Positions 34,641-49,329 of a stretch of 64,000 bases of DNA are shown here, piece after piece (the first letter of the stretch is position 1; the number at the start of each line of letters is the position of its first letter). The stretch lies in assembly GCF_009914755.1 (NCBI RefSeq), contig NC_060945.1; one strand, 5' to 3'. The notes under the pieces were generated by a model. That model saw only the letters and a list, made by a program, of their open reading frames with translations. It searched no databases and was not told the origin of the DNA. This DNA comes from the human T2T-CHM13v2.0 reference genome, Homo sapiens. Position numbers and translations under genes: made by a program.

Positions 34641-34965
34641 CAGGCTAGACACTGTAGCCCCCACCTGCAATTCCAGCCCTTTGGGAGGCTGAGGCAGGAG
34701 GATCACTTGAGCCCAGGAGTTCAAGACCCTCTGGGGCCACATAGCGAGACCCTGTCTCTAAAAAGATATGTGTTCTTTTGTTTGTTTTAAGAAAATAATT
34801 AGCTGGGCATAGTGGTATGCACCTGTAGTGCCAGCTACTCAACGGCAGAGGCAGGAGGATCCCTTGAGCCTGGAGTTCGAGGCTGCAGTGAGCTATGATT
34901 ATGCCACTGTACTCTAGTCCAGGCAACAGAGTGAAACTCTGTTAAAAAAAAAAAAAAAAAAAGAG
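34641..34965 (+). mobile_element. AluJ
   Basis: Dimer with expanded linker. Confidence 0.9.
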
Positions 34966-35122
34966 AAGAGAAAAGAGAAGGGAAGGGAACTATATCTATC
35001 CAGATGATAGAGCTAGCAGGCAAGCATGTTAAGATGGCATTGATAAATATGTTCCACGTGTTCAATCAGGGCAAATATGATAAAAATAAAGAAAAAAATG
35101 GAAGATATAAAAAAAAGACCTA

Positions 35123-35407
35123 GGGCCGGGCGTCATGGCTCATACCTGTAATCCCAGCACTTCTGGAGGCTGAGATGTGAGGATTGTTTGAGCTCAGGAG
35201 ATCAAGACCACCCTGGACAACCCCATCTGTACAGAAAAGTACAAAAATTAGCTGGGCGTGGTGGTGCACACCTGTGGTCTCAGCTACTTAGGAGGCTGAG
35301 GTAGGAGGATGGCTTGAGCCCAGGAAGGTTGAGGCTGCAGTGAGCCATGATCATACCATTGCACTCCAGCCTGGGTGACAGCATGAGACTGTCTCAAAAA
35401 GAAAAAA
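35123..35407 (+). mobile_element. AluJ
   Basis: TSD aaaaaagacc. Confidence 0.9.
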
Positions 35408-36027
35408 GACCCAAATAAATCTTCTAGAAATGAAAAATATGCTGAATGGGATTAGTGGTAGATTAGACATTGCAGAAGAAAAGATCAGTATACTTGAAGA
35501 CACAGCACTTTGTAAAATGAAACACAAAGAAAGAAAGACAAAAAAATGAACAGAGCATCAGTGGGACCATATCGAGAGTAACATATGAAACTGATTTCCA
35601 GAAAAGAGGCGTGTGTGGTAGAAAATACCTGAAGACAATAATGGCTAGAATTTTTCCAGATCTGATGAAACTCATCCCGAAGAAGCTCAACAAATCTCAA
35701 ACCGAAGAAACATGAAGGAATTCACCCCAATACACACCATCATCCAATTGCCGAGAATCCTGAAAGTAGACAGAGGCAAATGCTATCACATACAGATGAA
35801 CAAAGCCAAAAATGAGAGCCGGTTTCTGATCAGAAACTATACAATTTGAAGACAGTGGAGGAATGCCTTTCAAATATCGAAAGACAATATTGGACACCTA
35901 TCTACAAAAACAATGGCCCTTCACCCTACTTTATGCTATATTTAAAAATTAACCAAAATGGATCATAGACCTAAATGTGAAAGTTAGAACTGTAAGATTA
36001 ATAGGGGAAAATATGCGATATATACAC

Positions 36028-36674
36028 TGTCTTTGTCAATTTGGGCTGCTATAAAAAAAGTTAACACTGACTGGCTGGCTTAAGTAACAGAAATTTATTT
36101 CTCACAGTTCTGGAGGCTGGAAGTCCGAGCTCAAGGTGCCTGTAGGTTTGGTGGCTGGTGAGGGCCTCTTCCTGGTTGTGCCCTCATATGGCAGAGAGAT
36201 AGGAAGCAGCTGGCCCGTGTCTTTTGGCATAATGGCACCAATCCCATTTTTGAGGCTCCTCCCTCTTGGCCTAATCCCCTGCCAATGGCCCTGTCTCCAA
36301 ATATCACATTAGCAGGGAGGATTTCGACGTATGAATTTGGACCAGGCATGGTGACTCATACCTCTAGTTCCAGCACTTTGGGAGGGCGAGGCAGGCGGAT
36401 CACTTGAGCTCAGGAGTTCAAGACCAGCCTAGGCAACATAGTGAAATGCTTTGTCTACAAAAAATTTAAAAAATTATCTGGGCATGGTGGCATGCACCTG
36501 TAGTCCTAGCTACTTGGGAGGCTGAGGTGGGAGAATCACTTAAGCCCAGAAGACTGAGGCTGCAGTGAGCGGTGATTGTGCCACGGCGACTCCAGCCTGG
36601 GTAACAGAGCGAGATCCTGTCTCAAAAAAAATATGAATTTGTAGCTGGGGGACACAAGCATTCAGTCCATAGTG
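36028..36674 (-). mobile_element. MLT1A-type MaLR LTR with Alu insertion
   Basis: gggctgctataa...cagaaatttatttctcacagttctggaggctggaagtcc...gggggacacaagcattcagtccatag. Confidence 0.85.
36339..36630 (+). mobile_element. Alu inside MLT1
   Basis: TSD tatgaattt. Confidence 0.9.
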
Positions 36675-37579
36675 TCTGTAGTGGAATATTATCCAGCCTG
36701 AAATGTGAATGACATTCTGACACCTGCCACCAAGTGGGTGAGCTTTGAGGACATTATACTGAGTGAAATAAGCCAGTCACATAAGGACAAATAGTGTATG
36801 ATTCCACTTATATGAGGTCCCTAGAGTGGTTAACTCGTAGAGATAGAAAGTGTGATGGTGGGTGCCAGGGGCTAGCGGGGATGGGGAGTAGGTGTTTAAT
36901 GGAGACAGTGTTTCTGCTTGGGAAGATGAGAAAGTTCTGGAGATGGACAGGGGTGATGATTGCACAGCAGTGGGAATGGACATAAAGCCCCTGAACCACA
37001 TACCTAAAAATGGTGGATTTTATGTTAGTGGACGTCACCACAATGTAACACAAATGAGCAAACACGGGCTTTTTCCTGGTTGCCGGCAGGCAGGCTAATG
37101 GTCTGCTGGCGGGGGCTGGGCTGGGCTGGATTTTGGAGAAGCCCAGGGCTGCGGCTGGCAGGGCTTTGGGAAGCAGCGGGAGCGCATGTAAGGCTGGTGT
37201 AGCTGTCGCAGGAGCTGTGGCATCCGGAGGGGCCCATGGTGGCCCCGCCTTTCCAAGAGCCTGCAGGTGGCTGGGTGGCTTTTCCGTGTCCTTCCTGGGG
37301 CGTGACCTCTGGCGGCTCCGGGACTGTTCATTTATGAGCCATCTGTTGGGCCTCCTGGCCAGGCAGTGGGAAGCAGCGTGCCAGCAATGCCCTGAATGGC
37401 CTTGACCCTGATGTTTAAGTGACGGAGTGTTTGGTTGATCGGGAAAGGATGTTAATGCGTGCTTGTCAGTCTCCCTGACATGCAGCCTTTCGGGTTTTGA
37501 AGTGGATGCATATATTTGGTCACACGGCGTCTCTCCAGTCCTGCGCAAGCACGTTGACATGTGTGCCTTTCACTTTCAG

Positions 37580-37642
37580 GCTTGTCCAGCCGGAAGCCCT
37601 GAGGGCAGCTGTTCCCACTGGCTCTGCTGACCTTGTGCCTTG
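37580..37642 (+). other. AGPAT3: Non-coding 5' UTR exon (63 nt), probably AGPAT3 exon 2
   Basis: Branch-like ttgAc (~37557), acceptor gcctttcactttcag|G, donor TTG|gtaagt. Sequence GCTTGTCCAGCCGGAAGCCCTGAGGGCAGC...CCTTGTGCCTTG matches my recollection of the AGPAT3 mRNA leader. Confidence 0.85.
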
Positions 37643-37685
37643 GTAAGTGGGCAGTGAGGCCGCCTGACGCAGGGCGCCGTGTGTG

Positions 37686-37688
<3 letters not shown>

Positions 37689-37724
<36 letters not shown>
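37689..37724 (+). repeat. (GT)18 microsatellite
   Basis: Direct reading. Confidence 0.95.
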
Positions 37725-37730
<6 letters not shown>

Positions 37731-38139
37731 CCAGTGTTGGGGTCAGCGTTGGGCCTTGATACCTTGTTGATTAATTTTTCTTAAAGGTATATATTTTAAC
37801 CTTTGCTTATGACCAACAGAATATTTATTACAGTCCCTTCTCATTTGTCCAAAACCCAGATGATAAAGTTCAGGTAACTTTGTTCTCTTCCTGCGAGGGA
37901 TGAGCTGAGCTCAAAGGGGCTGAGCTACAAATGACGCTGGGCTGAGGCGCCTACCAGGGCACAGCGGACATGGGAGTCACCTCACAGGGCTGCCCCGGCT
38001 CTGTTAGCAGCCCAGGAAGTCCACCCCTCTCCTGGAGACCGACTGGGAGCCGTCTGTCTGGGATGGGGCAGAGGTGTGGCCCGGGGACAGCTGCACAATC
38101 CCCGTGGGGAGCCCAGCTATCTGTTGCTGGAGGGTGCTC

Positions 38140-38194
38140 TGCTCCTGGGGGGTCGGTGCCCTGCTCTTGGGGGTTGGTGCCCTGCTCCTGGGGG
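38140..38194 (+). repeat. Short ~21-bp tandem repeat, ~2.5 copies
   Basis: tgctc(c/t)tgggggt(c/t)ggtgccc units. Confidence 0.7.
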
Positions 38195-38745
38195 ACGCGC
38201 TCCTCAGGAAGCCCTGGGTTTGGTGGAGAGCATGGAATTGCCTGGCCGTTGAGTCACTGGGTGGGCCCAGGGTTGGGGCAGCTCCTCCTGTGCTCCTGCA
38301 GCCCGTCGTCATAGGGCCCCTGCCCACTGCTCCCATGTGTTCCACCCCCGTTCCCAGGCCCGCTGCTGTGGCTGATGAGGCTGCAGGTCCCTTCTGGGTG
38401 GCCCTGGACCCTGTGTCCTTCTCCCACTGTGGCTGCTTTCTACCCAGGAGGTGTCTCCTCCAAATGCTGTCGGCAGAGATCAAATCCCATCCCTGATGTT
38501 CCAAGGCTTCCAGGTGTAACTCACAGGCCCAGTTCTTGGTAGGCAGGTGATTTAGCCTTCTGTGTCCCAGTCACAACCCAGGGTGTGTTGAAAGCTACCA
38601 TTTGATAAAAACAAACATGAGCAAGATTGAAGTGACCAACACCAAGCTCGGGCTTTCAGAGATGTAGTCATGGCGGACCTCAAACAGCATTGCTGACCAT
38701 CTGAGCTGGGTGCTGAATGCCTCCATAGTTTTCAAATTAAAATGA

Positions 38746-39105
<360 letters not shown>

Positions 39106-39979
39106 AGTGTCTCTTTAGGATTGTTTTATTAAGATTGCTTATTTGATAGCAGATAACTATGAAGATACTAACGATACTATAAAGACACAGTGGCAGCTCC
39201 CAGCTAACTGGCACTCTGAGCTGTCCTCTAACATTCTGGATTCACAAAAGTTTACTTGCTGGGTTTGCTCATTGTTGATTTAATACTTTGCCTGTGGTTT
39301 AAACTGTTAAATTGTTGCAAATTGCTATTCTGTGCAAAAGAAACTTGAACTGTCCTGCACCCCCCAGTTCAGCTCTCACTGCATTCCCGCTCTTCTGCCT
39401 GTCCTTTGGCTATTGTTGGACTGTACTCAGGGCTGAGAGGAGGGCATGGGGCTTCTGCAGTCACCACAGGGCTGTGGGAAGGCCACCAGCAAGGGCTGGG
39501 GGGCCAGAGGGCTTCTGATCTGTCAGGTGCAGGGTGTGGCGCACGTGGGCTTGTGCTGTGGATGAGGTTTTGCTTCTAGGGGAGAAACCGGCCAAGGCGC
39601 GTCAGGCATCAGCAGACCTCTCCCAGAAGGAGGACATTTTGAGAAGATGAAGATGGAAATCGGTTTGATCTCCTTTGTTCCCTTTCTGGGGACAGGGACA
39701 TCACGGTTCTGTAATAACTGAGGTCTAGGAAAAAGAACAGAAAGAAGGGCAGGTTGGAAACATTGTGTCTTTTGGGGCTAGTAGTAGCTGCAGAACAACC
39801 CAAATCCGATTTACAACCAAGCTTCTAGGGTGAGTAACTCGATATTCACCAAACCGGGTGACTGTCAGTGATGGCATGCCACGTATCACTTTTGGGAGGG
39901 AGGAGAGGTTGCAAAACTAAGCAGACGGTGTGGCACTGCAGCTCCCCCCCGCCCAAGCTGGTGAGTGTTAATATCGAAA

Positions 39980-40620
39980 TCTATAGCAAAATGTTTGTCC
40001 ATGACTTGCACCAGTACCTCTCGAAAGGTGCCCAAATACCTAATAAACATCTGAAAAGGCATGCAACTCAATTGGTTATCAGAGAAACGAACTTTTTAAA
40101 CCAGAAATGTTGTATCACTAGACAGTCAGCAGATTGGCTAAAACCAACGAGACAGATAAGGCCAGAGTTGATGAGGAGGTGGGATGGGGCGTGATGGGAC
40201 GCTTGTTCCTCATGGTGGCTGTGACCTCACCTCTTAATTTTGGAAAACTTTGGCAATATCTTCTAAAGCGGAGCAAACCCATGGCTTGTGACCCAGCAGC
40301 TCTGCTCTGAGGCGTGAACCCACAGCCAGGAGTGTCGCCGGAGCCGTGTTCATCAGGCCTGTGTGCCCTGCGGAGGTGGACTGGGTGAACACACTGCCGG
40401 CTACTTGCCCAGGGGAGCAGCATGGAATGAGCTGCGTGGAGACACCCGTGCTCCGCCTGGGCGAGCCGACACACACATGCTGGGTGGAAGAAGCGCAGTG
40501 GGTCAGCACATGTGCAAGGCCCTCGTAAGTGCAGCACAGAGACAGGCAGACCTGGCAGGGGGAACAGGAAGGGTAGCTGCCCTGGCAGGAGGCAAAGGAG
40601 GCCCAGGGGGCTTCAGGGGC
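39980..40620 (+). mobile_element. Highly diverged L1ME 3' region
   Basis: aataaacatctgaaaagg..caactc; tttggcaatatcttctaaagc..tgacccagcagct. Confidence 0.55.
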
Positions 40621-40633
40621 TGGCGAGGGTCTG

Positions 40634-40635
<2 letters not shown>

Positions 40636-40665
<30 letters not shown>

Positions 40666-40920
40666 TGAGAGGGGGTCTCTCTCTGTCTCCCAGGCTGGAG
40701 CTCAATGACGCGATCTCAGGTCACTTCAGCCTTGAGCTCTCCTGGGCTGAAGGGATCCTCCTGCCTCAGCCTCCCGGTAGCTGGGACCACGGGCATGGGC
40801 CACCACACGCGGCTTTTTTATTTTTTGTAGAGACCGGGTTTTGCCATGTTGCCCAGGCTGATCTTGAACTCCTGGGCTCAAGCCCATCTGCCGGCCTCGG
40901 CCTCCCAAAGTAGTTGGGAT
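40636..40920 (-). mobile_element. AluJ
   Basis: Diverged dimer. Confidence 0.9.
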
Positions 40921-41055
40921 TCGTTTCTTGATCTGGGTGCTGCTGGTCAGAGTGGATCCTCTCTGGAATTTCATCCAGCCGCATGCTGAAGATTTATGTA
41001 CTTCTCTGTATCTATTACACTTTAACAAAAAGTTTCCCATAAAACTGTGCCATAC

Positions 41056-41395
<340 letters not shown>

Positions 41396-42723
41396 TCATC
41401 TGATTCCCTCTGTGAAAAATACGGGCTTCTACAAAACAGCAGACTCAAAAAGCAACAACAACCAAACCCCCAAACCCAGCAGACCGATACCATGTTAAAG
41501 CCACACGTTTGTCGATTCCCCTGCTCGGGTGTTTGCGCGCCCTCTCCGTCGCACGGCTCCGTGTGCTGGAGACCCCACGGGACCGAGTAGTCCCCACCCT
41601 CGTGGAAGCATGTTCCCGTAATAGCAGAGCAAAGGGATGATGGTCTTCGGAGGAGGGCGCTGGCTCAGGCACCCCAGGGACGCTTTCTCTTTCCGTGTGC
41701 TGGAAGACCTGAATGCTTCAGAGCCTAAATTATGTGGGAAAAACGTGTGTGTGTTCCAAAGCTGGAGTGAGATTTCCAAGGCTTGTATGAGGCACTTGGC
41801 AAGCTTCACTTGTGCCCTAAAGCACAAAATACCAGGGCTTGGGGTGAATTTGGTGATATCCAGAGCTGGCAGCTTTGTTGGGGCTGGTCACTCCCCAGCC
41901 CTGAGGACTCTGGGGAAGGAATGCCTGTCGTGAGCGGAACCAGCCAAGTTCACACATGGCCACCTGCCAACCTGACCTGTGTGTTGAGCCCCGGCCCTTC
42001 TCGATCAGAAAGGAGGTGTCCCGATCAGGGGGAGCACATGGGCTGGGAACTTGTGGAACCCGGTGTGTATGACTCGCTCCGTGATTCATAACAAGGCATT
42101 TGCTTTCCTGGGCCTTGGTGACCTGTCTGTGAAATGGGCACAGGAGCCCAGCTCTTGCATAGACAGAAGGTGAGGGCATGGGGTAGGGGGAGTGGAGCCG
42201 TGGGTGCGGCACTAGAAGGATGAGAAAGGACCTATGGCCTCCAGCTCCGGGTTCAGGGCTGTGTCCAGGTTCAGGGGACTGTGAAATGCCAGCAGCTTCT
42301 AAAACCTTTGGGTTCTTTAAGAAAAGGCTAATTGCAGAGGATGCTCACTGATGAGGGCGAGGATCAAAGCCCGTGCTGCGTCAGCGTGGTGGCCTGCCAG
42401 CTCCAGGCTGCAAAAGTCCCTCGTCATTTCATTTCCTTCCATCCCTGTGGAGCGAACCCTGTTGTTTGCATTTTTTGGATGAGGGTACAGGCTCAGGCTC
42501 AGCTCACACGGTCCCCGGATGCCCCTGCTGTGCTCCGAGGTTGGCCTGCGTCTTTTGCTCCTGGGTCCTTACGTGCCCTGTCACAGCCAGCCCTGCCCTG
42601 GAGAGAGAGGCCACTGGGAAAAACCCTGAGAGCAGGCGGGCCTCACCTGAATAGGACTTCATTCGTTGATTTTAATTTTTACTTACTATTTTTTTTCTTT
42701 GTACAACAAACATTGTCTGATAA

Positions 42724-43212
<489 letters not shown>

Positions 43213-43994
43213 TTTTCATACACATTTGAAGAGGACTTTAAAGTGTTCTTGAGTCTTTCCTGGATAATGAAAGGTATCCCGACGGTGCTGTTCCATCATA
43301 TTTGTCTCAGGTCTCGTCTCTCCTTGCTCTGCCCTCGTTGCAGGAGAGCCTGGCTCCCAGGCCTGCAGGCCGGCTGTGGATCTCCGAGAAGCCACTGGGT
43401 GGGACTTTGTTCTCTGCTGCAGGGGGAAGCTGTGAGGGAGCACTGGGCCCCCGCCCTGAGCATTAGTACACCGTCCTGCAGGGTCTATCTGAACGCTAGC
43501 CCGGTGGGGAGGGGGGCCCAGGCCTCATCATGGAGAGGGTGGTGGTGAGGAGTAAGCCCCCAGGTCTGCACCAGGGTGCCCCAGGACACCCTGGACTGGG
43601 AGTTTAGGAGACCTAGGACGCATCCTGGGGAAGTGAGGCAGGTGTGTGGTGTCTTGTTCTTTCCGGGTTAAAACCCACAGCGTGACCCGTGGCTGGGATC
43701 CCCCTGTTCGTGAGTTCTCAAGGAAGGGGAGCCTGCAGGGTGTGACTCACACCTATCTCAGGAACACAGAGGACAGAGAGGGATGGAGACGGCCTCCCTC
43801 TGTGCTCCTGGCCTCTTTCTGGGGAGTGCGTGTTCAGCCCTGATGGCAGCCAAAGGTTTGTGCCAGGCTGGTCCTGCGCCCGTGAGAGGGTGCTGGTCTG
43901 CAGAGATTGGTGACAGATGCCCTGGAGGAGGGGAGTGGAGCCACAGGTGTCTCCCAGCGGCTGTGGCCGCGCGTATTGCCAGCAGCAGTCTAGG

Positions 43995-44170
43995 GTCCTA
44001 ATACAGTGAGGTGAAGGAGGAGGTGAAGTGCTAATACAGTGAAGTGAATTAGGTGAAGTCCTAATACAGGTGAATTAGGTGAATTAGTGAATTAGGTGAA
44101 TACAGGTGAATTAGTCCTAATTAGGTGAATTAAGTGAATTAGGTGAAGTCCTAATACAGTGAGGTGAAGG
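43995..44170. repeat. Mosaic low-complexity repeat (GGTGAATTA / CCTAATACAG)
   Basis: Direct reading; see findings. Confidence 0.9.
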
Positions 44171-46919
44171 TGGAGCGGAGGGCCGAGGAGGGCCGGCCTT
44201 CCCTCTGGAAGCAAGTGTGCTGTATGCCCACGGGGGACTGGAGGAGGTGGGTGTTCCGGTCACTGCAGTTCTTACATCTTTGCTGTGTGTGGGAGGAGGA
44301 ATTATCTTTGTGCTCTGAAGTGTGATGTATATGAGGGGAGAGCAAAGGGCTCAGACTTTGATCTGCCAAGCTGTGTCTCGTGAAGTCAGGTATTCTGCAA
44401 GGGAAGCTTTTTTCTTAAGAAACAAATCTCATCAGTGTTCAGGACAAGGCTGTACTGTTCCAACCACCGCAGAGATGGAGGGTTGGAGGTTAAGGCGCAC
44501 AAGTTAATTTTCCATTTGATATTTATGTTTTCATTATAAAAGTAATACATGCCTATGAAAATTAAACACAGAGCCAAATCTAATAAATAATTAAAATTGC
44601 ATTCTTTACTCCATTCCACATCCCACTCCGTTTCCTGGAGGGAACCACTGTAAGCGGTTTGTGGTTTATCCTTCTAGAGTTTATAAAAAATACACATAAG
44701 AACATACATACACCGACAGAGTTTCCAAAAATGCACCTACGTGTCATGACATCTCTCTGCAAAACCTGACTTTAATTTGTCTTGGAAAACTTTTACTACA
44801 CATAGATCTACTTCATTTAAAGAAACACTTCCTCTTTTATGCATGTTCTAAAGAGATACCTGTAGGCACACACACACATGTGCATTGTAAGAACTGTCCG
44901 TGTGATAGTTTTGGAGCACAGTTACCTGATTATCAGTCTACTAGAACCCGAGTGTGCTTTAAAGACTTGAACTGTGTTTGTGTGATTTGGAAAGTGTCCT
45001 AGAGCTGCGCTCTTATATTGAGGGGCTGGGCAGGGTCAGAAGCAGCCTGTCCAGGCCAACGCAGCGAGGCCTGTCTGGGAAGATTGCAACACTGGCCCTC
45101 ACAGCTCCCTGGTCTCTGGGTGACCCCGCCTGGCCCAGATGCCGCCTCGCTGGAAGGCAGACTTTGCCTCCTGCCTGCTCTTTCTTTCTGTCTGTCTGGT
45201 GCCGTTCATAAGTTCATAAAGGTGGCAAGGAGGCCCTAGGTGCTCCGTGGCCTGGGCTGCAGACTCCTTTTCCACTCTGGAGCTGCTGTGCTCTGGAACA
45301 TCCCACACGGGGTTCCTCCCATTGGAACACAGGTAAAGGGCTCTATGCATGCACATTTCTGCGTGTTTTATTGACCGGGTCATCTGTGTTCATTAGCTAG
45401 CAGCTCCCCTGCAGTCCTCTGAAGTGCAGGCCAGCAGAGACGGGGGCGGTGGCTTTCGTCTGACCATGCCTAGTCACGAGGCTGCTGTGTGTCTGTGCGT
45501 GTGTCTTCTCTCAGACACTGCCTGCCTGGCACCCCCTTACCTCTTGGTGAATGTAATTCAAAGCAAAGGCTGCCCCTGGAGCTTCCAGGCTGGGCCCCAG
45601 CGCATCTTGCTCTGCTGGTTTGGCATTAGGTCAGGGGTCCTGGTGGAACTCCACGGACTCATGGGCATGGTGGCACTGGGAGCCTAGAGGTATCTTAGTC
45701 GTCCTCACAGGCTCAGCTTGAGCATTGCCGTAAGTGTTCATCTCAACACTTCCATGTGAATTGGAATCAGGAGGTGTGTCCATGGCAACACGTGGGCCCG
45801 AGCTGGATGGGACCACTGTGTGCCTTCAGTCCAGCCTGCCAGAGTGGCAGAGGACGATGCCGGGGCCATGGGGCAATCCTGGCACGCGAGCAAAGGGTGG
45901 GGCACATGTGAGCCACGTCTCCTTTTATCGTGGCCTTGTCTCCCTTCCTCATCTCTCCCAAGTGAGGATGAATTTCTCCTGAGGAAGGCGCTGGCCATGG
46001 CGCAGACCTAGCGAGGATGGCAGGCAGCCCCCGTGGGCACCAGGGGTGCTCTGGCCATGGCCAGGAACTTGTGGATTTTCCGTGCAGATGATTGTGTTAT
46101 GTCCAAATGATGAAAGCTTGCTTTGTTCTTTCCAATCTTTGTTTCTCTCCTTTACTCGTCCTATGCCAGTGGCTGCAGGAAGTGCCCTGAGGAACGGGGC
46201 CTCATGCCTACTTCTTTCTTAATCAGTGGTGCGTGGCCATGGACTTCAGCATCTGCTTTTCCTGAGTCTAAATGCAAATCATCCTGTTGCTTTTCTCCTT
46301 TTATCACTTATCGTCAATAGTCCTGTTAATTGGTCTTCTATAGTAAACCATTCCTGTGTCCCGGGATAAACCATATGTGGTCATGATGTTTTGGTAAAGT
46401 TCTGGCTGGAGTCAGTTTGCAAATGTTATTTACTGTGGGTATTCCATCGCTGTGCATGCACGAGGCTGGCCTTTAACTACAGGGCACTCTGCCTTGTCCC
46501 TGACGGTTGCTGCGGTGCCTCCGGTGTTTGCCCAGCGAGTGAAATGCTGACTGTGGCCTGTGAATGAGCACCTCACTGGAAGTTCAGTGAATGTGTTCTC
46601 CTCGGAGAGGCAGACATTGAGGACGTGTAATATTTAGTACTGGCCCCTGCTTTACTGAGTGTTTTTATTGGGAAGCAGGGTTGAATTTTGTTGTGCTGCC
46701 TGTCAAGCCTTCTTGTTAAGGAATCAGATGAACTTTGTTAGTCAATTTCCTCATAGCAAACCATCCTTGCATTCATGAAACAGATCCACATGGTCATCAT
46801 GTATGTGTTGACTTTTTAATGTGCTGTTAGCCCTGTTTGCTAAATTTTAAAGAAATTTTTGCATTCATAGTCATATGAAGAGCAGTGGTTCTCAAACCTA
46901 TGGGCAGTTTACACTCTTA

Positions 46920-47210
<291 letters not shown>

Positions 47211-47253
47211 TTATTGAGGACCCCAAAGAGATTTTGCTTTTGAGTTGCGGCTA

Positions 47254-47468
47254 TTGTGGTCCTTAACTGGGGTGACTCCCTTTGTCCCTTGGCGGACATT
47301 TGGCAATGGCAGGAGATGTTTTTGGTTGGCAGCTGCTGGGAGACAGTCACTCCTGCATCAAATGCACAGAGACCAGGGAGGCTGCTGAATCCCGCAGGGC
47401 ACAGCCGGCCCTGCAGCAGAGTTATCCCATCCAAAATGCCAGGAGTACCGAGGTCGAGAGACCTCTAA
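47254..47468. mobile_element. MER20 hAT element
   Basis: ggacatttggcaatggcaggagatgtttttggttg...ttatcccatccaaaatgcc...gaggtcgagagacc. Confidence 0.85.
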
Positions 47469-48124
47469 TATGGTGTTGATATACACTAGGTAAGAAATTA
47501 ACAGTGAGAACATTAAAAAATATTTAATAATTCATTTCAAAGTCCAATGCATACAAAAAAGTATTTTTTTTCCTGTGTCCTGGGATAAACCAGCTTTTGT
47601 AAGGAAAACCCATAGTTTCCAAAATTAGTAAGGACAGTGGCCCTGTTTTCTATTTTTATCAGTCTCTTTGATGTCTGACCTCAGAGGCCACGGCTGACGT
47701 CTCTCTGCCTCTGCAGGCAGCCTGTTGCTCTGTGTCGTGGTTGAGGCTCATAAAGAAAATTATGCTGCACAAGGCTATGCGCTCATGAAGAAGGCTGTTG
47801 GAACCCCCCTGCCTGCGAGGCCTGGGGCCCCCTGGGGTCCTTACGCCACAATTTGAGATGGTGATTTAGACAAATTTCCTTCTTCCCTTCCCTCTGCACT
47901 CTTTCTCCTTGTGAATTTTATGTCAGTGTTGCTTCATTAAAGGGATTGGGACGTCTTCCTTCTTTATGTTCTGGGAAAGTTTAATTAATGTTAAAATAGT
48001 CTATTCTTATAGGATTTGTAGAATTCACTTGTGAAATCATCTGCCTTTGGTACTTTTGTTAGAGGTAAATTTTAAAAAACTGTTTAATAGATATTTTAAT
48101 TATTTTTATTTAAAAATTTTTTAA

Positions 48125-48457
<333 letters not shown>

Positions 48458-48679
48458 ACTCAGATATTTTAATTCTGTAAAAACAAGTCTTTCTTAATTC
48501 TATAAAATTCTATAAAGATAGTTCTGTTTAAACTATCTTTTCCATGGCCACACTTTATAATTAATTTTTCTCCTAGTAAATTATCCATTTTATCTAGATT
48601 TCAAAATTTATTTGCATAGAGATATGCAATTATTTCTGTGAGTTTTTAAAAAATGTATTTTATTTTGATGATTATTTCC

Positions 48680-48966
48680 TCTTTTGTTTTTTTGAGATGG
48701 AGTCTTCCTCTGTCACCCAGGCTGGAGTGCAGTGATGCAGTCTTGGCTCACTGCAACCTCCAAGTTCAAGTGATTCTCCTGCCTCAGCCTCCCGAGTAGC
48801 TGGGATTACAGGTGCGCGCCACCATGCCCGGCTAATTTTTGTATTTTTAGTAGAGATGGGATTTTACCATGTTGGCCAGGCTGGTCTCAAACTCCTGAGC
48901 TCAAGCAGTCCGCCCTCCTCAACTTCCCAAAGTGCTGGGATTACAGGCATGAGCCACTGCGCCTGC
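48680..48966 (-). mobile_element. AluS
   Basis: Dimer with small deletion. Confidence 0.9.
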
Positions 48967-49018
48967 CCCCCAGCCCTGTTTTCTTATTTTGTATATTTTT
49001 ATTCTCCATTTTCTTGAT

Positions 49019-49329
<311 letters not shown>

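Larger units (their letters stand above)
34400..37025 (+). mobile_element. Sense-strand ancient L1 fragments (ORF1-like region and L1MB 3' end)
   Basis: agattagacattgcagaagaaaagatcagt; gagtgaaataagccagtcac..atgattccacttatatgagg; interrupted by Alus and MLT1. Confidence 0.7.

Noticed and set aside
37580-37642. Single-exon circRNA from the Alu-bracketed exon
   Set aside because: 63 nt is very short for back-splicing; skipping is more plausible
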